NCBI GenBank assembly: GCA_008632985.1
Contig: QPGO01000138.1
Coordinates: 1 to 64,000, forward strand
DNA from: Psammoneis japonica
Lineage: Eukaryota
Reading direction: 5' to 3'
Length of the DNA stretch: 64,000 nt
The translations under genes were made by a program, and so were the position numbers. The notes under the pieces were generated by a model. The model saw only the letters and a program-made list of their open reading frames with translations, made no database searches and had not been told where the DNA came from. Below, in pieces: positions 52,356 to 64,000 of this stretch (the stretch's first letter is position 1; the number at the start of each line of letters is the position of its first letter).

Positions 52356-54106
52356 ATGCAACCCGACAAGAAGAGGAAGCGAGTGGACGACGACTCTGGC
52401 AAGGAGCAAAGCCGTTCGCCATCAGCATCTACTCACGAGCTCGAAGACTTGCTCAGGCAGAAGGAAGACGAGCTCAGAAGGAAAGAAGAGGAGCTTAAAC
52501 TCAAAGATGAGGTGACAAAGCAGAAAGACGCATCCTTACAAGCCGCCGTGAAGATCATATGTGATCCATCCCCTCGTCATTTTTCCTGGTCCGACTGGCC
52601 TGTCGTTTTGCGTAAGGACCCCATGGTTCTGAAGCAAGCGACAGTGGCAGGCAATGCATCAGTTTTTCGATCAAACGTTTCAAAATCAGTTCTTCAGAAG
52701 GTGTTGCCAGACATGCTTGAGAACCATCGATCGGCTGCGCTCAAAGCCTGTGAAAGGGATCTCTTGAAATGGGAAGAAGTGAATCCCACTGCGGATGAAT
52801 GGCGCGAATCGATGCCTTTATCCGTGAAGGCGTTGAGGCATGGCATGGTGGGAGACATTGCCGATGTGCCCCTCTTGACGAATCCAATTTTGGCCAATGC
52901 GTTGAAGGAAGGAAAAGTGGAGTGGAATCGCATTCCAGCGCGTTTGCAAAATGACGCAGAATTCTGTTGCCTCGTGCTTGACCCGAATGGAAACCATGAT
53001 GTTGAAAACTATGACTGTCGCCATTTTTCGTACGGGTCCAGTTTTCACAATGTTGTGATGAACATTTTTGACCGTTTTCCTTGCCTTTCTCAAGATCGCC
53101 AGGTTTGGGAAAATGTTTTAAGCTCTTGTTCAACTGCCGTTCTTGGTCTTTTCCAGGAAGAGCGCTTGCCACCCTTTCGGGATCTTGTGGAACGCGCCTG
53201 CGATGAGAATTGCGATCTAATTGAGTGCATTGATCAGACATCATTTGAGGATGTCGTTCAGATGGTGACAAACAAAGATTCAAACTGCCTCTTCCGTGCG
53301 TCTGCAGAGTTCATTGAGTCGCATCAGGACTTCGTGACCGAAAAGCTCAATGACGTGCACATTCATGATGTTGGTCGGGAAGACAAGGACATCCGCAGCC
53401 GACGTTGTGGGATCGAATTTCTTCAAATGAACATTGAAGTGTTCGCAGGGCGGATTCCAACAGACATGTGGAATGGGGATTTTGGGGCGTCGTGGCTTCT
53501 TAAGGGGCTTCCAATCTTACCACCACATCCAGTCGAATGGAAAAGAGACCATGAGAAGCTCTTGCTGGCAGTGAGGAACTGCCCAGTTTATGATTGGATC
53601 GTGAGATCGCTGCGTTTAGCCCCCGAGCAACTCAGGGGTAGTTCCGACTTTATCAAGGAAGTGATGGAAAGCAACCAATGTCTTTTTGAAGTTGCTTTGG
53701 ATAATTTGCGGAGTGGCGATTACAAATTGGCTATTTGGGCAATGGGTGACCCATGTTTTTTCCGCAAGTGGTCAGAGTCCACACGGAGATGGCAAGAACG
53801 TTCATCCATCTGGGCACGACTCCTTTGTTGACGGCAGAGAGATTTGGAGAATGCCTGAGTCGCGCTAAAGAGGAAACAGAAGCTCAAGAGAAATTTGAGA
53901 GAGAATTCGTAGGGGCGGCTTCTGTTGATGCCGAGCTGAGAAGGATGCCGAGAGATGTTCTAACGATCATAGAGGATTTCGCGGGGATTGCCAATGGCGA
54001 ACCTCTCCGCAACATTCGGAAAACAGTGAAGCTCATTGACGAGATGAAAGCCGCTGCTGCCGCGAACCAAGGCCGTGGTGACACGACGAGAGCGGTTGCT
54101 TCGTAA
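52356..54106 (+). CDS. Lineage-specific DUF4116-like repeat protein; frameshift around 53750-53830
   Basis: Long ORF with repeats such as IPARLQNDAEF, PVEWKRDHEKLLLAV, APEQLRGSSDFIKEVM; C-terminus continues in ORF 53753-54106; ATG at 52356. Confidence 0.55.
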
Positions 54107-54599
54107 TTCGCAGATGTTGTGCCACAGGGGGAACCAGTGCAGTGCTCGTTGTACAAAGCATTTGATTTTGTAGCGGAAGCCCACTTGCACCGATGATTCA
54201 ACAAAATAAAGCATTGCTTTTTGTGTGTCCTTTTTGCCAGTTCAATGCACCTCCCTTGCTCTTCGAATGCATCCAACACTGGCAGAATGCCGCACGACTC
54301 CAGCCGAGTGAATGGCACTTTAAACCAAAAGGCGATGCATCTCGCGCCATGCGATTTCCCATGTGAGCATTTCTCTTTCGAACAACCCATTCGATCGCGC
54401 AAGCAATTGGCCGTCAAATGCAACGAACGAAAAGCAGGCAAGCAGCCAACGCAGAACTGTTCGGATGTTTTCGGGGTGAAGATGCACCCGCACCGAAGAA
54501 ATTGTACATCTCGTCATTCAACTTAAAGTGTCTTTGCCCTGCATCCTCTGGGGGGAACAACCGCCGCATCTCTCACTTCAGCCCTTCTCTCACGCATCG

Positions 54600-57500
54600 G
54601 GACTTTCACCAAATGCTGGATCTCTCATTTCAGCCCTTCCCTCACGCATCAGCTTGCACCGAATCATGTTCTTGGACATGGTCCAAAACAAGCTGCCCCA
54701 TGCAAACAAAGTCAGACAGTTCCAGATGCACCTGTGCAGACAACCTTGTACAGCACATTCCACTTGTTGGTTCTTTAACTGCCAGCATGCACATGTTGTG
54801 CTGTTGCAACATGTGTTGCTGAAGATTGGACACAACAGCAATGTTTTGTGTTGGCAGACCAATGTTGATCATAAACTCCTCCATCTGCTCTGGGGCTAAC
54901 AAAGACACATTCCACAATTCAAAAGTCCACTGGTGACTTTGTGGGACACACTGGCAATGCCATCTTTGCTCTCAGGCACCAACGCATGGCATGCAGATGC
55001 CCTTTGGCTCAGCTGTGTGCTTGGGGTGGCTGCATGATGGCTGCAGAAATTGACATTGGGCACCTCTGCTTTGATCATCCTCAGCACCCCTGTTGTCAGA
55101 ACATCTAGATCACAGACATTGATGACAACCTGGATCAGTTGAAGAAAAGACAGTTGGCTTCTGACATGACTCACTGAGTGCAACACATTGGGAAAGAAAT
55201 TTCTCTTTGCAGTGAATCATTTGGTTTGCACAATTTGTCATTTGGTGTCAGTGGGTGCCTGTTGTCATGCAAGTTTTGCAGTTTGCACTGTGCCACAGCA
55301 TCCCACAGCCATTGCAGCTCACCAAGGCAAGTGCATTGAATGGTGCAGGAAGCCCAGAGGATTTCCTTTTGGCAACATTGACTTGCCAGCTCAGTGCTCA
55401 CTCCAAACAGTCACCATCACTGCACTCAGTGCTCACATGTGTGTTGACCTGCACTGAGTCAGCTGAATGCCTGCACTGTGAGTGGCAGCAAGAGGAGAGG
55501 CAGCAGGAGCAAAACAGCCAAGGCCAATGATGTTGCAGTCTTCTCAGAGGTGACAAGAGCCAAAGCAGGTGCTCCAACAAGAACAAGATCATGACCAAAA
55601 CAAAAAGCACTTTCAGCCTGAAACAATGGAGTTTTGTCATTCATCAATGAAAAGCAACTCTTGAAATGCAGCATTCAACGGCTTCAAGAAAAAGGTTTTT
55701 TGATGCACACTGAAGGAAGATTGCCAAGGCATGCATTTGGCAAGGTCTTTGGACATGAAATGCAAGGATTTTGGTGCTGAGAAGGACCAAGATGATCACC
55801 ACTGGTGCAGAAAAGGAACATGACCAAGGCATGCATTTGGTGAGGTCATGCTGACATGTGGTTTTTGCCGGAACAATGACCAGCAATGACAAAGCAGTCC
55901 TGGAAACCACATGAGAGCCTCCAAGGGCAAGGCAAAACACGCAAGTGACAGCTGCACAGAGTCTTGCAAGAAACAAATGATCAGCGTTGGTCAAGCTTTG
56001 CCAAGGGCAGTCTGCAAAGGATGACACCTGGCAACCCAATCACCATTGATGGCTGTTCCATTGCTGGTGGATTTTCCAATTTTCCAGTTTTGGTGATGTG
56101 GTGCAAAAATGGATTTCCATGTGGTTTTGCATGTGCAGCTTTGCACGAGGATTTGCACTGAGTTTCATGGTGATCTCTTTTGTTGCACACACCTGCTCTA
56201 GCTGGAGTGCACACTCTGAGCTCAAAGCTGAAAAAAACCCAAACAGCTCTTTTGTTCTGTGCATCAATCAATGCAACACAATGGGTGCTCAAGGTGGCAG
56301 TGTGGTCCTCCACAGCATTGCCTCCTTTTCCATTGCAAATGTTCTAAATGCTGCAAAGCATCTGTTGGAGGTTTGGCAATGCGGTGGTCTGCCAGCCATT
56401 GCTGGTGTTGACTCCAGTTGGATTGGTCTGAGGGGGCTTGCTCCTTTGGCGGCAACATTGTTGCACACCCTGGGCCAGGTGTCACATCACTTGTGAATGC
56501 CAGTGTTCATGCAACAATGGTGTTTGACCCCAAGACTTGTCATCATGCAAAAGTTGCATCAATCAAGCAGGCTGGGGAGAGGGAGACGGCTTGTGCAGCA
56601 AAAGCCCAGAGTGCCGTGCATGGCTTGAAACCTCAGAGATCACCTCACAACTGTGGAAACCAGATGTTGTGGAGGCGTGTTGGGTGCATTCATTGGAAAG
56701 CAGAAAACTCTCCAATCAAAAGTTAAAGCTTGTGAAACACAAGGATCAAAGAAGCTTCCTCCAGACTTTCACTTGCTTGTCATCAAGGAAGCACCTCAAT
56801 TGCAGCCATCAAACTCAGTTCTTTGCATGACAGGAGACTTCCAGGCAGATTCAGTTGCTGTTTTGCAACTCAGTTTGTCACTGTGAAGCACAGATTGTGA
56901 TGGGAAATGACTCAGAATTTTCTTTCATTTGTGAAGAGCGGTTCTGATGTGATTTCTCCATTCTCCTTGTGCTCTCCTTTGTCACCTGCTTCTCTGGCCC
57001 TGCCCTCTCTGGGGCAGGTCTTCAGGGGGGGGGGGCAAGGGCTTGAATGTCCAACTCACGGAGGGCGTTGAGCTTTGGTGGAGTGGGCAATGAAGCTGAG
57101 CCACATGTGGACATTGATCATGCAGAGCTTGAGGAAGCTGTTTCCCCAGACCCAGGTGCTCCTTTTGCTGCTCTTTTGTCTTTGGCATGTGGCAACCAGG
57201 ACTGGGCTCCATGAGTCAGCAACTTTGTTGTGACAGGAGATGATGAGGGAGCACCCCCCAAGGTGTTTCTGAAACAAGGGCAGAAGACACATTTCCTTTT
57301 TTCTGATGCACCCAGCAATGACTGCAGCATCATCATGGTCAAAAATTTGACAGACTTGTGGGCCCTTTGTCATGATGGTGGTGTGATGCATGAAGCATTG
57401 CAGGCAGGCAAAGGCCAGATGTTGTGTCTGTGGCAAAGTCTCTGCCAGCCATGCATGTGCAGCTGTGATTTCAATCCCTTTCAACAATCAACAGCTCCAG

Positions 57501-59170
57501 TCATTTGACTTCTGCTTTGCACCAACATGTCAAAGCATGCTTGGAAGAGAATGTCCAGGGAGAGCAAAGTTTCAAACAAGCAAAAGTTGTCAGAGATCCC
57601 TGTGTCTAAGCAGGAATGACATGATCCACTGAGACCCCTCCCCCCAATGGGAGAATCGTGACCCCAGTGAGTCTGGGCACACTGTTTTGCTGGTGAACAG
57701 TGCAGTGGTGTGTTGTTGCTGCCACCTGGCATGCAGGAGGGACAATGGCATCCACTCAATGTGTCTGCCAAATGCCAGAAAAACAAAATCCGTGCAACAT
57801 TCTTGGTGAGCATGTCGCTGCAGTTGGCAGAGCAATGTCGTTGGGGTCCATGGACAAGAGAAATGGACCGGGAGTCTTCCAGAATGTTTTGGTGTTGCAG
57901 CATTGTTCCAAAGACAAGGACAATTTGCTGGGAGTTGCAAGGGCAGTTCCCACAACTTGGGCATCTGGGGAAGGAGTGGGAGCAGATGAGAGGTGGCAAG
58001 GCCATCAGCAACAGCATCCAATGTGGAAGTGATGCATTCCGTCACTGCAGGACTTGGATCCAATGGAGTGGGAGCCATGGTTGCAGCCAGAGAAGGCATG
58101 GATGAATGATGTGTTCTCCGAGTTCCTTCTGGACCCCAGCAACTGCACAATGAGCAGCTTCTGACACATTGGCAGCTGTTTTAATGTGACCGGCCGCCTG
58201 CACCTGGGCAGCATCATTCTGAGAGATAAGTTTTGGGCTTGGAGGCCGTCCAGTTGATTCCCAAGTGCATCCACGAGACGGTCCTTTGCAATGAATCTTG
58301 CCTCAATGCTGGTGGCGGATGATGGGACCGCAGCTGAGGAAGTCAAAGAATTCATGGTGACATTCTCACAGTCTTCGAGGATGTCTGTCATGGCAGTTGC
58401 AACAGCGAGACCATTCTGAATTGTTTGCTCAGCGGCCATCATGGTGGTGTCCAGAGCCGGGCAAGAGTGAAATCTGAGTCATCTGCCTGTTGTCTCACAT
58501 TGGTTTTTTAATGCAAGCCTGGAACTTTTTTGTGTGGATCGACATGGTCGCCCACAGCACGGATGGCATCCGAGGCAGCATGTTCCCCAATCAATTGGTC
58601 CATTCAGCCACAAAGGATGCCACAATGGAGTGAGTGGTGGTCGTTGTGGTGCAGATGCATTCAAGCATTGCAGCATCCACAGCTTTGTAGACTGGGACAA
58701 TTTTCTTGTCCAGAGCCGCAAGAAATTGAGCATCTCATGATGCCAGAGCTTTGTTCACCGCATTGCCGGCAAGGGCAATGGCTTCAGTTGCAGAGCAGCT
58801 TCCAGCAAGCGTGGCGGCAAGCGAGGTGGCGCCGTTTGCACTGGTTGCTCTGATGTGGAGTCTGCCGGAGGCATCGGAGGGGGTGTCACTCCCTCTTCTG
58901 GAGCTGCATCAGGTGCCTCAGGAGTTGCTTCAGCCTCAACAGCATCCTCTGCCATTGGATGCGCATGAGAGGTGTCTTGGTGGCCTCGACCGTTTTGGCA
59001 GAGCAGTCAGGTGATGGGGGATTGCGGCCGCTGCAGGTGGGGCAGTGACCACTGGAGTGCCATCGGCCAACTTTGGTGAGAGGGTGGCCTGAAGGGACGA
59101 CAGAGCAGCCCACCACAAGGACGCCATTTTCGAACAAGTGCTGTTGACAGGCGCCATGGTGTTGGACAAT
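54600..59170. other. Hypermutated repeat island D containing decayed ORFs of unknown family
   Basis: Very few TA, CG-poor core, protein-like minus-strand fragments at ~54230-55200 and ~58000-59160. Confidence 0.8.
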
Positions 59171-59500
59171 GAAAATAAAAGTCGTTGCCACAATGCGACG
59201 CCATAGAGAACGACGGACAAACGATGTGACGTGTGAAGACATACAGACAGTACGGTGTCAGAGTCGCTACCGGTATCGCGTAGGTACTGGTACAGGCTTT
59301 ACGGGCATTTCTGTTCACGTTGTGCGTAGTTTGCTTTTTGTGAAGAAGGCAGACGAGTAAACGAGTAACGAAGTGTAGTCTAACGCGAGCACAACATCAC
59401 GTCGAACAAGCTGATAGGCCCTACGACCTGTTGATTGAACAAAACAAAGCAAAGCGAGTCGTCCACAACGTTGGGCAACAAACAAATCCTCCCATCAACC

Positions 59501-62500
59501 ATGAATGAAAATTCTAGCCCAGTCACTCCACAACGGGCCAACGGTCGGCCGATAAACGCGGTCAGTGGAAAGAAGCGAAATGCTGAAGCAGCGACACTCG
59601 ATGATGCGTTGCTGTGTGCTTCCCCCGGTGCTCAGCCTCGTAGTCCTGGCACGACGGATCTCATTCATTATGAAAGAACGAGAGCACAAGACGAAGCATC
59701 GAACCCTCCTCATTTTGAATCCGACAGTAGTAGTGCTCGACGTGAATCTGGGTTTTCGGGGGGAGTTGACGAAGCGTCGAGCGTTCAAAGAGACAGTGTC
59801 GATGGGGTCGCGTTGACTGAGGAATTTTCGACGCCGCTTGTTGGGAAACACGGCCACTATTGGTGGACGAGGTACCGTGCAGTATTGAACGCGGATAATT
59901 GGAGCAAACTCGCAAATGAGTTGAAGGTCACGCCCCATATGAGGACGTCGTGGTGCCGGAGCCACCTCCTTTGATTGAAGAGAGAGCTACAATCGACGAC
60001 GTTCCGTTGCCGGGGTCACCTGTGAATGAAAGTTTTGACGAAGATGCGCTGCTTACTGCTGACAATCTCAGTTCTGAAGACAAAGTTATCTACGATTGTC
60101 TACCGAATGAAGACATGAAGAATCACTACCTGCGCGGCAAGCTGCGAGAGATGCGTCAAAGGAAGGTTGCGGAGCAAAAAGCTGAGATTGCAGAGCATCA
60201 AAGGAAGATTGCAGAGCATCAAAGGAAGGTTGCAGAGCAAAAAGCTGAGCGAGAGTTGCATCAAAGGAAGGTTGCAGAGCGAAAAGCTGAGCTAGGGATG
60301 CATCAAAGGAAGATTGAGAAGCGCCTCGTTGAAATCACGGTGGTAGCAAATAGTGTTGAGACGTCGCTACTTGCATTGTCATCCCTTTCGCAAGCCGAAG
60401 GGACAGTGGCCAGAGATACAAAGGATGCAGAAGAAACACTCAAGAAACGGGGAATTAAGCAAAGTCAAGCTGAGGAGTTTGTGAAGGATGCTGACCCAAT
60501 CGTACAGGAGCCAGCATCGCTCTCCGAAACGTACAATTCGATTTTGGAAAATGAAAGAGAGTTCTCAAGCACTTTTGACCGAGAATCATTGAAGCGCTTT
60601 GATGACAAAAAACAAAACCCGCTGCTTCGACTGAGCAATGCTTATGCTGCGGCTGTAAAGTCGACTACGAATTTCACGAAACGACAGGAGTCACATGGCG
60701 ATTTGGAAGGATACAAGATGCGTATTGAGAAGACTGTCAACAAGCTGCAGACTGAATTCAAAAAAGCAAGAGAAAATTGTGAACATGATCCTTCCTTCGA
60801 AGCGGATCTTGTGTTCCCTGGTCCAACCAGCCAAGAAGTTCATGGCGTCCAGCCAGTGTTCAAAGCGCTCCTCGAAGCCATCGGTGACTGTTGTCAAGTG
60901 GCGTATGATGGTAAGACGCATCCGTCCTCGCCACCGATCATTGGTGTATCGGAACAAAAGGAGTTGTATGGAAATGAGAAGCGACGAGGGCGTCGCTGTG
61001 ATATTACGGTTTGGAAACGTGGGAGACACGTTGTTGTACTTCTGGATGGTTTCATGGAGGTGACGTTCGAGATCAAGCCGGGACAGCGTATTGACAAGAC
61101 AGTGCTGGACATGCTGCGCGAAGGAAAAGACCAAGATCTCAGCCACGTAGCCAAGGCGCTACTACATTGCTTGCGCTTCGCAGATGGTGCAGGTGTTCCG
61201 TCGCATGCAACGTCCATAACTGGTTCGCTAAGTCACATCGAGATCATCCAACTCTGTGTAGTTGATCCAGGGAAACCAACCTCTCGCGTCGAGCTACGCT
61301 CATCCGGACCATTACCACTTTTGCCAAAAGATTGTTTTTGCAAATGGTTTGATTCAGATAATTCGCGGCACTCAGAGGCCGTTGATACCATGGCGAACCT
61401 TTTGTACGGAAAGGACGACAACGGCTTGGACGAAAAAGGTATTCCACTTGGCATCAAGGCTCTCTATACAATGATGATGTGCCCTCGTCGTGAGCTCATT
61501 GGTCCCAATTGGGAAAAAGTCTCGGGTTCGCTTGGCGAACTACTTGGTACCGGTACGTTTGGCATGGTCTTTGCTGTCAACGGAAGTGATGATGCTGTAG
61601 TCAAATTGGCCAAGCCCTCCCTATCTCGCTACATCAAACGGGAAGCCGTAATTTTGAAGCTGTTATCGTCATGTGACGATAGACCAAATAGTGTAGGGCT
61701 ACCTCACTTCATTGCATGTGGGCTAATGGAGGTAAATGTTGGGGGCGTGGCGTTTCAGTTACCCGCACTTGCAATGCAACCACGGTGTCAAAACATCTAC
61801 AGCGTATGCTCCGGTTGGTCAGACGAAAAGCGCTTCAGTGTCCTGAAGAAAATCCATAATGGCATTTTGAGTGCTCTGGGCTTTATCCACAAGCAGCATA
61901 ACATTTGCCACCGTGATGTCAATGACGCAAACATCCTTTTGCGTTATCACCCGGAGACTGATGAATGGAGTGCTGTACTGGTTGACTTCAGCGTTGCCGG
62001 CCCGATGTACGAGAATGTCAAGGGCTTTGTAGGCACTCCGACGTTCACTCATCGTGAAGTGCATAAGAATTCCGAATGGATATCTGCCCCACAGTATGAC
62101 GATACAAACCTTGGTTTCACATTAATTGTGATTCTTGAGGGTGGCGTCGTTCCTTGGAAGGGTTTGAGTGACAAGGGCCCACAGAAGGGCACTGATGTGT
62201 ATGATAAGCGAATTGAACAGGCGAACCTTTGTTTGCAGGAGAATGTACAGAACAAGAAACTGGACGCCGATCTAGCGAAGTGCATCAAGGATCTGTTCCT
62301 GAAGGATAAGGAAAAGTTTCGAAGTGCTTGTGGCTGCAAAAAAACACAATGCAGAGGCGGCCGTTGCAGCTGCAGTAATACCGAAAACGGTTGCTCCATT
62401 TTGTGCGCTTGTTGTTATGACAAGCAGAAGGCGGCTTTCTCCTGTTTAGGCAAGCACAATGGTCCGCAGAAGGGGAGCGTCGACGACGTCAAGTTTGATG

Positions 62501-62541
62501 CCCCTATCGGAAGGATTACAGCTGCTGACCAGCAAATTTAG
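59501..62541 (+). CDS. Multidomain Ser/Thr protein kinase (coiled coil + possible REase-fold domain + kinase + Cys-rich tail); apparent 1-nt frameshift near 59935
   Basis: LLGTGTFGMVF, VVKL, ICHRDVNDANILL, LVDFSVAG, FVGTPTF; upstream RCDITVW..TFEIKPG; tail CGCKKTQCRGGRCSC..CSILCAC. Confidence 0.8.
60155..60317 (+). repeat. 21-nt-period tandem repeats encoding heptads (HQRKIAE/HQRKVAE/QKAE)
   Basis: Repeated catcaaaggaag(a/g)ttgcagag and caaaaagctgag units. Confidence 0.8.
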
Positions 62542-62799
62542 GTCCTCGAACTTTGCGGTAGACATACTCGTAGTGACAATTACAACAAGAAGTCTTCAAA
62601 GATGTAACGCTTATTACTATGACTTTTCTGAAGTTGCCTTTGTGCCCTAAATGGGGTAAACTGGTCACGCTGTCAGAGACTAGATAGTCACTCGATGTGT
62701 TCGAATTCTTCTTGCAGCGCCCCGCTCTGCGAAAAAGTAGAAGTTGATGGCACAGTGCTGCTATCCGGCCCACCATAGTGAAGTCTACAGTAGCTCCTC

Positions 62800-64000
62800 T
62801 TATTTTTGATCTATTTCTTTTTGTTTCTGCTTTTGAGCTTTCTTCTTGACAGCATTGAGCTGACCCAAAAGAGTATTGGCCTTTACAAATCGGCCCCTGC
62901 GATCATGCAGCTGTCGTTGCTTGTTGTTTGCTGTGTGATAGATTAAATGTTTGGAAAAGTGCTCTGGCTCCAAGACAAGGATTCTTTGCAAACCACACGA
63001 ATGCTTTGATTGTGCCAACTGAAGACCTCCGGACCACCACTCTACATTTCGTAAATCTAAACCGTCATACCCATAGTGTGGTGCATCATACGGTGGAAGG
63101 AATCCTCCCGAACATTCTTCGGTGTGCCATCGCCATATTTGCTCTCGACTCGCCATCCACCCACCCTGATTGTTTATAAACTTGGGAGTGTGCCCCGGTG
63201 GTCGATTCGCAAGGTCGGTAAAGGCTGTGCCTGCCCAGTAGTCTCCAATAATTTTATCTCGGTCAATGTTAAATAGAGTGGGGCCCGTCTGAAAGGCGAC
63301 CCAATCAAGCCACGACGGCTTGGGCATTTCTCTAACTCCCAATGCAATGATATCCGTCTCCCACAAAAAGAGCTTGTCAGATAAGGAGCGTTCTGGTAAA
63401 TGCGGTTTCACTGTTTGGTTAGAGACATGGCAGCATGTTTCGGGATTGACATGCTTTGGAACCAGCGTTCCGTTTGAAGTGAAATTCAGATCTACTGGTA
63501 CAGGTGCAAGCCGTTCTTGGGTACCAAACTTTTCCTCATCCAACAGTGATTCGACTCGTATGAATCCAGGAATCAAACGACCCAGTTGTTGTTTTCGCAG
63601 TGACCCATAAAACCCAGTATTCAAATCCGATTTCGAGCCTCCCGCCGGCGCGGGTTCGTCGGAAGCCTCCTCTCGAAGCCTCGAAATTTCGTTGCTTACT
63701 TTCATAAAGTATGCTACATGCTCTCCCTTGATGAGCATGTCATCTTCAAATACCACAAAGAAATCATAGTCTAAGAACTTGTCCTTGATTACAAACCGGT
63801 GCTGCCGTGCTAGGGATCGTGCAAGAGGAACAACCTTGTCCTTCAATTTTTGTCGGCCCCAATCTCGCGCCAAGGGTATGGCATCGTTCCATACTTCAAA
63901 TCCTACAGAAGATGGTAGTCCTTCTCGAATCAATGCCAGTCGTTCTGGTTGGAGAGTATATCCGAGAACCATGTAGACATCTACATGATAATTGTATGGA
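62800..64000 (-). CDS. Uncharacterised protein, possibly glycosyltransferase-like; 5' end outside the window
   Basis: 390+ aa open frame with YDFFVVFEDDMLI (DxD-like), PGFIRVE, GGWMASREQI, HLIYHTANNK. Confidence 0.6.
   Translation of the reverse strand, partial: PYNYHVDVYMVLGYTLQPERLALIREGLPSSVGFEVWNDAIPLARDWGRQKLKDKVVPLARSLARQHRFVIKDKFLDYDFFVVFEDDMLIKGEHVAYFMKVSNEISRLREEASDEPAPAGGSKSDLNTGFYGSLRKQQLGRLIPGFIRVESLLDEEKFGTQERLAPVPVDLNFTSNGTLVPKHVNPETCCHVSNQTVKPHLPERSLSDKLFLWETDIIALGVREMPKPSWLDWVAFQTGPTLFNIDRDKIIGDYWAGTAFTDLANRPPGHTPKFINNQGGWMASREQIWRWHTEECSGGFLPPYDAPHYGYDGLDLRNVEWWSGGLQLAQSKHSCGLQRILVLEPEHFSKHLIYHTANNKQRQLHDRRGRFVKANTLLGQLNAVKKKAQKQKQKEIDQK

Noticed and set aside
44640..59170. 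Dense overlapping Cys/His/Gln-rich ORFs in all six frames (also 1.5-6 kb)
   Set aside because: Artefact of TA loss: TAA/TAG stops and Tyr codons vanish while TG/CA-containing codons inflate; not metal-binding proteins.
60155..60317. Short periodic repeats as a CRISPR-like array (also 854-972)
   Set aside because: In-frame 21-nt coding heptads with no unique spacers, in a eukaryotic context with no cas genes.

Overview
Eukaryotic nuclear DNA, most likely from a diatom: short GT-AG introns, signal peptide + 'AF' bipartite plastid presequences, and a diatom-type Ty1/copia gag. Gene-dense housekeeping blocks contain C9orf85-like, Pet100-like, plastid PDH E2, fabZ, ilvC, an RlmN-like radical SAM enzyme, a 17.5-kb midasin, an F-box protein, Got1, ERCC8/CSA and an ATG14/UVRAG-like gene. 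They alternate with four islands of decayed repeat/TE DNA (~1.5-6.1, 34.9-35.7, 44.6-51.9, 54.6-59.2 kb) flanked by lineage-specific genes. The standout signal is a mutation signature in those islands. CpG is depleted, as expected from 5mC deamination, but TpA is almost completely erased, converted to TpG/CpA. Surviving TpAs are mostly YTAR, and paralog comparisons inside the window point to A->G at 5'-TAY-3' on both strands. This is the opposite of fungal RIP and suggests a repeat-targeted adenine hypermutation process; no responsible enzyme is visible in the window. Single-base frameshifts in essential genes suggest indel errors in the assembly. All counts were made by eye.
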